This document shows positions 32,223 to 42,842 of a stretch of DNA of 64,000 bases, piece after piece (positions within the stretch are counted from its first letter, which is position 1; every line of letters begins with the position of its first letter). Below the pieces are notes generated by a model. That model saw only the letters and a list, made by a program, of their open reading frames with translations. It ran no database searches and had not been told where the DNA came from. Source of the DNA: an uncultured delta proteobacterium (GTDB lineage: Bacteria > Desulfobacterota > WTBG01); the NCBI GenBank assembly GCA_963793865.1, contig CAWCBP010000008.1, forward strand, positions 288,001 through 352,000, read 5' to 3'. The translations under genes and the position numbers were made by a program.

Positions 32223-34842
32223 ATGATGAAAAAGCTGGCCATTATATTTATCTGTGTATTATCGGTATGCATGGTCCCTGGTTCTGCCTCCGCTATCAGT
32301 TATGGCAAGGATTTTTTGGAGACGGGAAACCCCGGAGGCACGAGCGGTCTGAAGACATTCGACATCGAGTGGTCCATGCGCCAGTTTGAAACGGTTGATG
32401 TGGACATCTGGCTGATCGATGTGCCGGAGCGCATGCTGACGGCGGGTTTTTATTTTGTCTTCGATCCGGCCAAAGTGAGCGTTGCAGCCTTTCAGGTATA
32501 TGATGGTGTCAATGGACCCGCGGGACCGTGGGACCCCGGCGCATCTTTGTTCGGTCCGGTTGAAGGCGACCCGGGCGCTTATTTTGTGGCCCTGGCCAAT
32601 CTTGGCTGCGTAACCCCTGACGGAGGCGGAGATATTGTCATGGCCAGGATCCGCTTCAAGTGTGAATCGCCCGGAGATGCCGTTATTACCTTCAGCCCTA
32701 TTCCTGATTTTGACACCGTTGTTGATTGTGCCCTGCCTCAAGGTGTTATCTATGACCCGGTTATTCCAGTTGAGGGCGTCACCATCCACCAGATAGGAAT
32801 GCCTGGCGAATTCGGACTGCAATGACAATAACAGCTGCACCGCCGATTCCTGCAACCTGTCTTCGAATCTCTGCGTCCATGTGCCCGCTTCCCAATGGGA
32901 CCAGCTGCCAGGACGGCCTCTACTGCACGGTATCCGATGGGTGCGCGGGAGGGGTCTGCGTGGGCGGTTCCGTGAGGGACTGCTCCGCGGCAGGAAACCA
33001 GTGCAATACCGGGGTATGCGACGAAGCTTCCGATCAATGTGTGTCCCAGCCGGTGCTGGACGGTACGCCCTGCAATGACGGCCTCTTCTGCACGCTCACC
33101 GACGGGTGCCAGGACGGTCAGTGCCTGGGGACGGGTGAGACCTGCCCGGATGATGCAAATGCCTGCACTGACAACTGTGATGAGGTGCGGGATGTCTGCT
33201 ACCCTGCAATGCGACCGGTTCCTCCGATCCCTGCTGCGAAGATTCTGTCTGTGCCAGTGAGGAGATTTGCCTGGTTGTCATAAACGAATTCTACGTTGAT
33301 GGGACGGACGGGAGCAACACGAACGATGGTCTGTCTCCCGCAACTGCCTGGAAGACCATCACCTATGCGTTAAGCCGGGTGCCGGTGCTGATCACCCTGG
33401 GAGAAAATAATCGCGCCCTGGTGCATGTTGCCCCGTCGCTCTATGATACGGTCATGGGAGGAGGAGACGCCGAGACATTTCCCCTGATCATGAAGAAGTA
33501 CCTCTCACTGGTCGGTGACGGGGGATACAGCGGAACCATCATAGATGCCGACCGGACCGGCGGCGTCATTGAGTTTGCCAAGGAGGATGCATCCGGCTCC
33601 ACCATTGCCATAGAGGGCTTTACCATCACCGGGGGCTCCAATTTCAGGGGCGGGGGGATTACGGTGCTCTGGGCTGACCCCTCAATCAGGCGCTGCCTGA
33701 TCACCGGCAACATTTCCACTGACATCAACGGCGGGGGCATTTACCTCCAGCGTTCAAACGCCGCCATAACCGACTGTATTATTTCGAACAACACCGCACC
33801 GCAACAAAACGGCGGCGGTATTTCCTGCGGCAACATGTCAAGCCCCGCCATCGTCAACTGTACCATTGTTAATAATGGTGCCGGGTGCGGTTCGGAAGAG
33901 GGCGGAGGCGGGGTGTATGCCGGGTACGATTGCTTTCCCCGGCTCATCAACTGCATACTCTGGGACAATTACCGGGACTGCTCTCCCGCCCCCGTTCCCG
34001 ACCAGATAAAGGCGGTGGAAAACATTGCGGTCAGCTACAGCTGTGTCCGGGACGGATTTGCAGGCATCGGTAATACCGCCGTGGACCCTGCCTTTTTCGG
34101 AGGGGAGTATTTCCTCTCCTACGGATCCCCCTGCATTGATTCGGGAACGAGTGACGGGGCAACCTTCACAGATATCGACGGAAACGGACGCTATGATCAC
34201 CTGGCCACCCCCGACACGGGCGGCGGATCGTCTCCATTCTTCGATATCGGAGCGCGCGAATATCAGAATGATACAGACGCTGATGGTGTTCCGGATGATG
34301 GAGATGAAGGCGGGACGGTGGGGGATAATCCCTGCACGGGCGGAGCGACCACAGGCTGTGATGACAACTGCATAAGCATTCCCAACCCCGCGCAGGAAGA
34401 CGGCGAAGGGGACGGCGCGGGGGATGTGTGTGACAACTGCCCGCTGTATCCCAACGGAATCATCCTCGGGACATGCCTGAAGCGGCAGAGCGCTGAAGTG
34501 ATTTTTGTATCTCCTTTGAGCTGCACCCGGGACGCTGATTGCGGCAGCCCCAATCTGCTCTGCGATAACGATCAGCTTGACGCCAACGCCAACGGGATAG
34601 GGGATGTCTGCCAGTGTGAGTTTGATTTCGACTGCGACGGCGATGTGGATGGCACCGACGCGGTTGTCTTCAAGGCGGATTTTGGAAGGAATGCCTTGAG
34701 CAGACCCTGCACCGTTGCCGATCCCTGCATTGCCGATTATGACGGGGACGGGGATGTTGACGGCACGGACGCGGTAAAATTCAAGGAGGATTTCGGCAGG
34801 AACGATATTAATAAGCCCTGCGCTTCCTGCTACGGCGAATAG
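32223..34842 (+). CDS. Secreted protein: cohesin-like A, Cys repeats, right-handed beta-helix (DUF1565-like), TSP3, dockerin-like I (frameshifts at about 32800-33210)
   Basis: AGGAGG then MMKKLA signal; FYVDG..GSN.NDGLSPATAWKTI, GGGI repeats, SPCIDSG, DIGAREY; tail DFDCDGDVDGTDA..FKADFGR and a second matching repeat. Confidence 0.8.
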
Positions 34843-34879
34843 CAGCGAGCTTTGTGCGCAGGTGAAGGCCATCTGTGAT

Positions 34880-34916
34880 ATAAATCAGCCGGGCGCATAA
34901 GGCCCGGCTGATTTAT
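34880..34916. terminator. Intrinsic terminator-like hairpin
   Basis: ATAAATCAGCCGGGC-loop-GCCCGGCTGATTTAT, a perfect 15-bp stem. Confidence 0.7.
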
Positions 34917-35077
34917 GCGCATAGACGGGTGCTTGTCATCCCGTGAAAGGGCGCATGGCGGCAGATAATCATCTCTTTATGGCCCCCGCCCCGGTTAAAA
35001 ACTAATTGCAATTCGGGGCCGCTTTGGCATATTCTGCACGCTGTAACTCAAACCAGATCCGAGACGGCAGAGGCGGC

Positions 35078-37537
35078 ATGCGGTTGAAGCAATTTCTGAG
35101 GATAGCCCTTTTTCTCCTGGCGGTAAGTTTTCTGACGGAAAGCCTGGGCTATCTCACCCATGAGATGTACCAGTACCTGGGAGTGGCACTGCTGGTCCTG
35201 TACGGGTTGAGCATTTTTCCCGGCGGCCAAAAAACCGGGAAAGCGGCACTCTTCTTTTCAGGCTGTCTGCTTATTACGCTCTCCTTTTTCTTCCTGAGCG
35301 GACCGATCCTTCCCCGGCTCGCCGGAACAGCGCTGTTCATCTTCGCGCTTATGCTTGTGGTGGAAAGCAGGAATGGGGAGCAGCGGGAGCTGCCGCTGCT
35401 CCTGGCTTCTGCGGTACTCTCCTCTGCTTTCTTTCTGCTGTACCTGTGTTCTCCGCCCTTCTGGTACGGGAGTAAACAGCTGTCCCTTTCCTTTTCCTCC
35501 CTGGTCAGCGGGGTGAGCGGCCTCCCCATTCTCTATTCCGCAACCTTCCTGGGTTTGCCGCTGACGGCCATCTTCCTGTCCGTCATGCTTCCCGCGTTTT
35601 TTCGAAGCGACAGCAGGAAGCGCCTTCTGTTTTGTCTTTCCCTCATCTCCCTGCCGGTGTTAAGCGGCCTCTACCTTGTAATCATGGGATATCTGCCCCG
35701 GCCGGGAAGAGCCCTTCTGGGGCTGTTCCCTGATGATACCGGTTTTTTCAATCTTCTGCTAACCTTTCTCTTCGATTCAAGCTCACCGCTCCCGCGCTGC
35801 AATTACCAGATGAATGCGCCGCTGGTTCTCTTCTTGCTCTACCTGGTTCCCCTGTATCTCATCTGCCGGGGACAAGGTGCAGCGGAGGCCGGCCCTGCTG
35901 TAAAACCGGGGAGGAAGAGAAACGCGCTTGCCTTCTTCCTGCTCATCATCCTGGCGACGGCGGCCCTGGTGACCGATATGCCCGGGACCCCTTCCGATAA
36001 AAGAAAGGTGGTGCTGTACAATCAGGGCTATCTCAACTGGCAGGTGCCCACCTTTAAGATGTACGGCTCAAAGAGCTCGGGCATGTTCGGGAACCTGCCC
36101 CTGTTTCTGGAAGCGATGGGGTTTTCCGTGGAACGATCCGATGCCATTTCCGCGGACGTGCTTCAGCAGGCCGGGATTCTGATGATGATTAATGTTGACC
36201 GGGAGCTGCCGCAGGAAGAGCTTGCGGCCATCCGGCGATTCGTTGAGGGAGGAGGGTCGCTCCTGCTGCTGGGCGATCATACCTTTTATAAGCACGGGGT
36301 GGAGCGGATTATTTTAAACGATGTCCTGCAGCCCTACAGCATCCGCTATAATTTTGATTCCGCCGACTGGTTTGTGGGGGGATGGCTGCACTCCTACCAG
36401 TACGCGAGCCACCCCGTCACCGCGGGCATGCGCGATGACATGAATGACGCGGGCATCGTGGTGGGCGCTTCGCTTTCGGCGCCGCCGCCCGCCTTTCCCC
36501 TGGTTATCGGCAGGTACGGTTATTCAGATCCCGGCAGCGCGCTCGCGGGAGACCGGCGGGGCTACCTGGGAAACCTCAATTACGATCCGGGCGAGCCGCT
36601 GGGTGATGTTGTCCTCTGCGCCGCCGAGTATCACGGGAAAGGCAAGGTGCTGGTCTTCGGCGACACCTCGAGCTTTGCCAACTCCATCCTGGTGAACAGC
36701 CATGATTTTGCCAACCGGGTGTTTACCTGGCTGGCCACAAATGAGGCCCCCCGGCAGTATCGCCTCTTCCTGGCCGCTTCGCTGCTGCTGCTTGCGGCGG
36801 CGCTCTTTTTTTACCGCGGGACGAGCCGGCGGCCCTACCTGCTGCTCATGGCCTGCATGCTGTCCCTGGCAGTGACGGGGGCATCCCGGGGCTTGAAGCA
36901 GTACGAGTGCCGGCGGGCGCTCAAGGGACCGATTGCCTACGTGGATGCGTCACACGGGGAGCGGTACTCCCCCGAGTCATGGAATGACAATGCCGTGCTG
37001 GGGCTTCATCTCAACCTGATGAGAAACGGCTATCTCCCCTTCACCCTCCGCCACTTTGACCGGAAGGCGCTTGAGGAGGCGAAGCTCCTGGTTTTGATTG
37101 CGCCCTCCCTGCCTTTCAGCCGGAGTGAGATCGGCATGATCAGCGATTTTATCAAGGCCGGCGGCACACTCATATTGAGCGTGGGATGGGAGGAAAAGGA
37201 GGCCTCGCTTTCGCTCATGGATGCCTTCGGCTTCTCCGTGGACCATATGCCCCTGGCGCAGTTCATCAGCGTGATTCCCGCTGCAGGGCAAAGGGTTCGA
37301 TTTGTCGAGGCATGGCCGGTCATGAGCAGGGAGGAGGGGGGCGAGGTCATCGCCGCCTATAAAAATTATCCGGTGATAATGAAAAAGCCGTATGGCAAAG
37401 GCACGGTGGTGATGGTCGGGGATTCCTCCTTTTTCTGGAACGCGAACCTGGAGATGGAGGAAAGCCACACAGTGGAGAACGTGGAGTTTCTGAAATGGCT
37501 GCTGGAGGGGCTGAGGCAGCCTGAAGGTTTTCGATAG
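35078..37537 (+). CDS. Polytopic membrane protein with two extracytoplasmic GATase-like/DUF4350/GldG-like domains
   Basis: About 9 N-terminal TMs, then FVEGGGSLLLLGDH...GKGKVLVFGDTS, two TMs, then FIKAGGTLIL...GKGTVVMVGDS. Confidence 0.7.
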   Translation: MRLKQFLRIALFLLAVSFLTESLGYLTHEMYQYLGVALLVLYGLSIFPGGQKTGKAALFFSGCLLITLSFFFLSGPILPRLAGTALFIFALMLVVESRNGEQRELPLLLASAVLSSAFFLLYLCSPPFWYGSKQLSLSFSSLVSGVSGLPILYSATFLGLPLTAIFLSVMLPAFFRSDSRKRLLFCLSLISLPVLSGLYLVIMGYLPRPGRALLGLFPDDTGFFNLLLTFLFDSSSPLPRCNYQMNAPLVLFLLYLVPLYLICRGQGAAEAGPAVKPGRKRNALAFFLLIILATAALVTDMPGTPSDKRKVVLYNQGYLNWQVPTFKMYGSKSSGMFGNLPLFLEAMGFSVERSDAISADVLQQAGILMMINVDRELPQEELAAIRRFVEGGGSLLLLGDHTFYKHGVERIILNDVLQPYSIRYNFDSADWFVGGWLHSYQYASHPVTAGMRDDMNDAGIVVGASLSAPPPAFPLVIGRYGYSDPGSALAGDRRGYLGNLNYDPGEPLGDVVLCAAEYHGKGKVLVFGDTSSFANSILVNSHDFANRVFTWLATNEAPRQYRLFLAASLLLLAAALFFYRGTSRRPYLLLMACMLSLAVTGASRGLKQYECRRALKGPIAYVDASHGERYSPESWNDNAVLGLHLNLMRNGYLPFTLRHFDRKALEEAKLLVLIAPSLPFSRSEIGMISDFIKAGGTLILSVGWEEKEASLSLMDAFGFSVDHMPLAQFISVIPAAGQRVRFVEAWPVMSREEGGEVIAAYKNYPVIMKKPYGKGTVVMVGDSSFFWNANLEMEESHTVENVEFLKWLLEGLRQPEGFR

Positions 37538-37647
37538 AGGGAACTATTATAGTAATAAATCCGAAATCCGAAGCACGAAACCAGAAACTGCGACCACGAA
37601 GCGCACGAAGGGAGAAACACGAAGAACACGAAGAGAGACACAAAATC

Positions 37648-37709
37648 GTAGGGGCAACCCCCTGTCGTTGCCCTATGATAGCTGGGCAGGCACAGGGGCC
37701 TGCCCCTAC
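37648..37709. repeat. GTAG REP doublet, family B
   Basis: Copy of 26726-26786. Confidence 0.85.
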
Positions 37710-37987
37710 CGGTTCTTTGCAAAAACAAACCGGAACACGATGAGAGAAGCAACCCCAGAAAAACATGAAGGAAGAATCGCATTTTTCCCGGATCGTGCGA
37801 TCACTTCGCCGGATGATCACGCAAACATTTGCATTGAGAATATACTTCACTTTTCGTATCCTCTGCGATTATCGTTTTGAGCATTAGATATTTGAATTTT
37901 AGGTTTGTTTCGATTTCGTGCTTTGGATTTCGGATTTTTAATTTTCATATCTCCTCGGATGAGATGCTCCCTATAAAAAGGTTATCT

Positions 37988-40519
37988 ATGACCCTCATTC
38001 TCTGGTCCGGTCTCCTGTGCCTCTCCTGCACCTGGATCTTTACCCTTAAGCTCTATACTTCTGAGATAGATGCCTGGTGGATTACGCTCCTGATTGCGGG
38101 CATAGTGCTCAACGCCGCGGGGATGAAGGGGAAAGCGTCGTTTAAGGCCCTTGATAAAAAGTACCTGCTCCTGCTTATTCCTCTTGTCTCCTCCCTTCTC
38201 ATTATCCCTTTTCCGTACAGCCTGGGTATACTGGTGACGATCGCGGGCCTGCTCCTCCTTTCCCTGTGCCCCGTGCTTCCGTTTCTCTGCGCTCCCGCAT
38301 CAGGGCTCATCCTGAGCGGGGTGATGCTCATGGTACAAAGTCCGCTGGGACATCTCTACACGGTTTTTACTTCCTACTCCCGGAACATTTTCTGGCTGGA
38401 TGGCATCCTGCAGCGGCTTTTTGCTTTTTTCAGCCTCCAGGTCTTTTACAGCCAGCACCATTTTTACATCCAGACCATCAAGGATTTGTATGCCTTTCCC
38501 ACCACCTGGGACCGGCTCGGCTTCTTCCCCCTGCTGGCATTGTGGGCGGGCTCCATTCCGCTGCTCTATCTTTTCTCCGGTCAAAGGACAAGGGACGCCC
38601 TGAAGCTCTTTGCCTGCGGCATGATATATAGTATCGCGCGATATGTCTTTCTGATCCTGCTTTTCCTCTACCTCATGACCTTTGTGCCTTACAAGGAGGA
38701 GGTGAACCGGGTCCATATTTTCTGGGACGCCAGGGTGATCCTGCTGACATTCCTTCCCTTCATCTTTCTCCTCTGCAGGTGTATTCCTTTTAAAACCCGG
38801 GATGCTGTCTTTGCCTATGACAAGGTCTCCTTTTCAGGCGCTAATAAAAAATCGCTGGTCTACTGTTCCCTGGCGCTCTTTTTTCTCGGGGCTGTTTTCG
38901 GCTTCCAGGATCCGGGGAGAAAAAAGGAGGGCAGGGTGCTCCTGGACGAGCGGCACAGCGGCTGGGAGAAGAGCACCCGGAAGATGGACACGGAGTGGTA
39001 TGGAAACGAGTCCGGGTACAATTTTTACTGGATGGCTGAATTTATAAACCACCATTTTCCCCTGAAGAGAAATTTCGACGAGATAACACCTGAGATTCTT
39101 TCCGGGTGTGACATCCTCATTCTCAAGAACGCCACCTCGCCGTTCTCCGCCTCGGAAGTTGATGCCATACGCAGGTTTGTGAGGAGGGGAGGGGGCCTGT
39201 ATATTTTAAGCGAGCACACCAATGTCTTCGGCAACAGCACCTATCTCAACCCGATTGCCGAAGAATTCGGCTTCAGCTTCCGCTATGACGTGCTCTTTGA
39301 TATAGAGCGAAAGTTTGAGCAGCTCTACCATCCGCCCCGGCTGAATCCCCATCCCGTGGTCCAACATCTGCCCTACTTCTGCTTCAAGGTCTCCTGTTCG
39401 GTCCAGCCGGTGTCTTCACGCTGCGAGCCGGTGATCCTTTCCACGGGGATCAAGTCGCAGGACATCCATTATCCCAGCGCCAATTTCTACCCCCCGGTCA
39501 AGGACGAAAGCCAGATGCCCTTCGGCGCCTTCATGCAGATGGTGGGCATCAAGGCGGGCAGGGGCAGGGTGCTGGGGTTTACCGACAGCACCACCTACTC
39601 AAACTTTGAGGCATTTATAGCAGGCAAGCCCGAATTGCTGCTGTCGGCTCTTGACTGGCTCAACCGGGAAAACCGGTGGCACCGGCTCAGGTATCTCTTC
39701 CTGTCTCTTGCCGCCATATGCCTTGCCGGGGCCTTGAGACAGGGCAGCAGGGAAAGGCGCGACGGGCGCTTCTATCTCTGGATTGCGGTGCTCTCCCTTT
39801 TTTCCCTTGCGTGCGCCCTGCTTGCCTGCCAGTTCCTGTCCCGGAATGCATATCCATTGCCGCAGCCGGTCACCCCGTACACGAAGGTTGTTTTTGAGCA
39901 GGAGCACGGAGACTACGAGCTGCCGCTCCAGGGCTTTACCGACAAGGCGGACAGGAGCTTCGAGGTTTTTTACCAGTGGGTATTAAGAATCGGCTACTAT
40001 CCGTTTACCGGAAGAACCCTCACGGATGATCTGGCCGAGGCGGACATGCTTATTGTCATCAACCCGCAGAAAGAATTCACTCCTGCCGATATCGGCCGGG
40101 CACAAGAGTACCTGGCACGGGGCGGAAAAATCCTGGTCATGGATAACCCGGACAACAGCGCTTCTACCGCGGATGGGCTGCTTGCGCCTTTCGGCATGAA
40201 AATAAACAGGGAGAAAAAGGTGACCCTGCCTTCCTCCTATACTTTGTCCTGGATGGGCAGGACTGCGCAAAACAGCGCTGCGGCCATTGAGGGAGGAGAA
40301 GCTCTCCTTCGATCCCCTGAAGGCGAGCCAATACTCTCCATGGTGAAGGCAGGGAGCGGTACAATGGCGGTGCTGACCTTCTCCCGGCTGTTTACCAATC
40401 CCCCCATGGGTGGTAGCTACCGGGTGATGCCCAATCAGCAGCAGCGGGCGATCTATGATCTGCAGTTCAATCTTTTGCGGGGACTGGGGGAAGGAAAATT
40501 GGAGACATATTTTAAATGA
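37988..40519 (+). CDS. Polytopic membrane protein with two GATase-like/DUF4350-like domains (same architecture as upstream gene)
   Basis: N-terminal TMs; VLLDERH, FVRRGGGLYILSEH, GRGRVLGFTDS; two TMs; YLARGGKILVMD. Confidence 0.7.
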   Translation: MTLILWSGLLCLSCTWIFTLKLYTSEIDAWWITLLIAGIVLNAAGMKGKASFKALDKKYLLLLIPLVSSLLIIPFPYSLGILVTIAGLLLLSLCPVLPFLCAPASGLILSGVMLMVQSPLGHLYTVFTSYSRNIFWLDGILQRLFAFFSLQVFYSQHHFYIQTIKDLYAFPTTWDRLGFFPLLALWAGSIPLLYLFSGQRTRDALKLFACGMIYSIARYVFLILLFLYLMTFVPYKEEVNRVHIFWDARVILLTFLPFIFLLCRCIPFKTRDAVFAYDKVSFSGANKKSLVYCSLALFFLGAVFGFQDPGRKKEGRVLLDERHSGWEKSTRKMDTEWYGNESGYNFYWMAEFINHHFPLKRNFDEITPEILSGCDILILKNATSPFSASEVDAIRRFVRRGGGLYILSEHTNVFGNSTYLNPIAEEFGFSFRYDVLFDIERKFEQLYHPPRLNPHPVVQHLPYFCFKVSCSVQPVSSRCEPVILSTGIKSQDIHYPSANFYPPVKDESQMPFGAFMQMVGIKAGRGRVLGFTDSTTYSNFEAFIAGKPELLLSALDWLNRENRWHRLRYLFLSLAAICLAGALRQGSRERRDGRFYLWIAVLSLFSLACALLACQFLSRNAYPLPQPVTPYTKVVFEQEHGDYELPLQGFTDKADRSFEVFYQWVLRIGYYPFTGRTLTDDLAEADMLIVINPQKEFTPADIGRAQEYLARGGKILVMDNPDNSASTADGLLAPFGMKINREKKVTLPSSYTLSWMGRTAQNSAAAIEGGEALLRSPEGEPILSMVKAGSGTMAVLTFSRLFTNPPMGGSYRVMPNQQQRAIYDLQFNLLRGLGEGKLETYFK

Positions 40520-40691
40520 TGCATGATACAGGATGCATGATGCAGGGCGAAAGACAAAGCAGTTTACAGTTGCCGGTTGACAGTTTAAACGTAAAGCAAG
40601 AAGCGATGCAAGATGCAGTATGGGCCTGCACACTGTTCCCTGTCCCCTGAACCCTTTTTTTCAACCAGAATACGAAGAGAAAAACAAAATC

Positions 40692-40753
40692 GTAGGGGCA
40701 ACCCCCTGTGGTTGCCCTGCGATATCCGGGCAGGCACAGGGGCCTGCCCCTAC
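40692..40753. repeat. GTAG REP doublet, family B
   Basis: Copy of 26726-26786. Confidence 0.85.
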
Positions 40754-40817
40754 CGTTCATTTCCATGAATTCTATCCTGCATCATGTCATCATGCATCAG
40801 CAAAGTGAATTAATGAT

Positions 40818-42407
40818 ATGAAAAAAACACTCCTCCTGATTATTGCCTTCATTGGCCTCCTGGCCCTCTACAAGGCACAGCACGTGAAGCCGGTGGAAGA
40901 TCCCCGGGAATCTCCCATCTTCCAGCAGCGGCTGCAAAGCTCTCTGGATAAATTCCAGGAGAGCGATTATCCTTCCAGGTCCGAGCGAAAGCGGCGCGGC
41001 GATGCCGAAGCCGGGTCCCGGGCATCATCCGGCACGGAACAGCAGGTGAAAGACCTGGTCGCATCGGGCATGTGCGGTCAGGTTACCCTGACCTGGGTGG
41101 AGGAGAAAAAGATTCCCAAAGAGAAGGTTATCATCAAGCGCAGGGAACCGGATGAGGACTATGAACCGCTTGAGGGAACAGGCATCTTCGAGCGGGAGGA
41201 GGAAGGGGGAGTCAGGTACTGGTTTTCAGAAAGCGGACTGCGTGACGGCGTGAAATACGATTACCTGGTTTCGGTGAAGGATGAAGGGGTAAAAGCGCGG
41301 GTCAAAGGTCCTGTTTCCATTACGCTGGCCTGCACCGACCGGGACAGGGAGCTGCTGGCCAAGCGGGACAGGATGCTGAAGGAGTATGCCCAGAAGACGC
41401 CCCGGGAGCGGGATGGTGATCAGGCGGGAAAAGCATTGCCCCCGGCGAAGGCAGCAGGCGGGGATGTAATCGCTTCCGGGAGATGCGGCAGACTGACCCT
41501 GACCTGGGCCGAAACGGGGATGATTGACAAGAGCGGCGTTCAGATAAAAAGAAAATCCGGCAACGGGGATTACACGCTGCTCAAGGAAAGAAAAATCTAT
41601 CATAGAGAAGAGGAAGCAGGCGGGATACGTTACTGGGCCGCGGACGACGGCCTTAATGACGGGGAGAGCTATCAGTATCTTGTTTCATTTAAAGATGGGG
41701 CGGGCAAAGAGGTGGTAAAAGGTCCTGTCTCAATCAGCCTGACCTGCACGGAGAAGGACAGGGAAATGATAGCCGGGCAGGAAAAGATGGTTAAAGAGTA
41801 CTACCGGAAGCAGGCCGGCAGGGACAATTCCGCGCCCGGCGCTCCGGCTGCGGCAGCAGGGGCGTCGCCCTATGAGTTGAGCAAAGAGGTATATACAGTC
41901 GAGGCGGGCAAATCACCCTGGAAAGGAGCACCGGATGCGCCCGTGACCCTGGTGGTGTTTTCTGATTTTGAATGCGTCCACTGCGGTACCCTGGCGGAAT
42001 CTCTGGAAACCATGCTTAAGATATTTCCCGATGACGTAAAAGTCGTCTTTAAAAATTATATTATACCCTACCACAAGAACTCTGAATATGCCGCCATGGC
42101 AGCCCTGGCCGCGGGTGAGCAGGGGAAGTTCTGGGAGATGCACGATCTGCTCTTTAAAAACCAGTCGGCATTGGGGAAGGAGGCTATTACAGGCTTTGCC
42201 GCATCATTGAAACTGGATCTTGAAGCGTTTGAAAAATCCCTGGCAAGCAAGGAACTTAAGGATAAAATTGAACAGGATGGAGCCCAGGGTAAAAACCTGA
42301 ACATTCAAAACCTGCCCACCACCTTTATTAACGGCAGAAGCTTCATGGGCTCACCTCCCGCCGAACGCATAAAAGGCTTCATCGAAGGGATGCTTCAGAA
42401 GAGGTGA
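40818..42407 (+). CDS. Membrane-anchored DsbA-family thiol-disulfide oxidoreductase with two FN3-like repeats
   Basis: GAPDAPVTLVVFSDFECVHC, QGKFWEMHD, LPTTFING; duplicated CGxxTLTW...Y.YLVS.KD...KGPVSI.L.C domain. Confidence 0.88.
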   Translation: MKKTLLLIIAFIGLLALYKAQHVKPVEDPRESPIFQQRLQSSLDKFQESDYPSRSERKRRGDAEAGSRASSGTEQQVKDLVASGMCGQVTLTWVEEKKIPKEKVIIKRREPDEDYEPLEGTGIFEREEEGGVRYWFSESGLRDGVKYDYLVSVKDEGVKARVKGPVSITLACTDRDRELLAKRDRMLKEYAQKTPRERDGDQAGKALPPAKAAGGDVIASGRCGRLTLTWAETGMIDKSGVQIKRKSGNGDYTLLKERKIYHREEEAGGIRYWAADDGLNDGESYQYLVSFKDGAGKEVVKGPVSISLTCTEKDREMIAGQEKMVKEYYRKQAGRDNSAPGAPAAAAGASPYELSKEVYTVEAGKSPWKGAPDAPVTLVVFSDFECVHCGTLAESLETMLKIFPDDVKVVFKNYIIPYHKNSEYAAMAALAAGEQGKFWEMHDLLFKNQSALGKEAITGFAASLKLDLEAFEKSLASKELKDKIEQDGAQGKNLNIQNLPTTFINGRSFMGSPPAERIKGFIEGMLQKR

Positions 42408-42451
42408 TGCAGATAAGCCATTAATCCCAGCCAAGGATATTTGAAATTTCG

Positions 42452-42501
42452 GTAGGAGCGCCTTCAGGCGCGAGGAATTCGCGGCTGAAAGCCGCTCCTA
42501 C
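42452..42501. repeat. GTAG REP doublet, family A (reverse orientation)
   Basis: GTAGGAGCGCCTTCAGGCGCGA...TCGCGGCTGAAAGCCGCTCCTAC. Confidence 0.85.
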
Positions 42502-42842
42502 CGGTTGCCAATATTTCTGAGAGAAATTTTCATATATGAGCCTGTAAGAATCTGTTAAACATTTATTTTCAATAAATTAGCACGGCAGGCCAATCTATAA
42601 AACACCAAAAAAAACGATTGACAAATTCATCTGTTAATGTATTATATTGAATATAAATTGTATAAAAAAGGGATTGCAACTTACATCAAATAAAACAATA
42701 TTCAATAGACTATTCCCCTAGAGATTTTACTAACCAGTAAAAACAACACGGGGAAATAATATGGATAATGTGTCCTCCATATACCAATAATGGTGTGGGG
42801 GACTTTTTTGTTTTTGGTGAAGAACATTTTGATCAAGGGGGG

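Noticed and set aside
37988..38780. Functional exosortase
   Set aside because: The catalytic Cys-Arg-His pattern is not identifiable and no PEP-CTERM tails are seen in the window.
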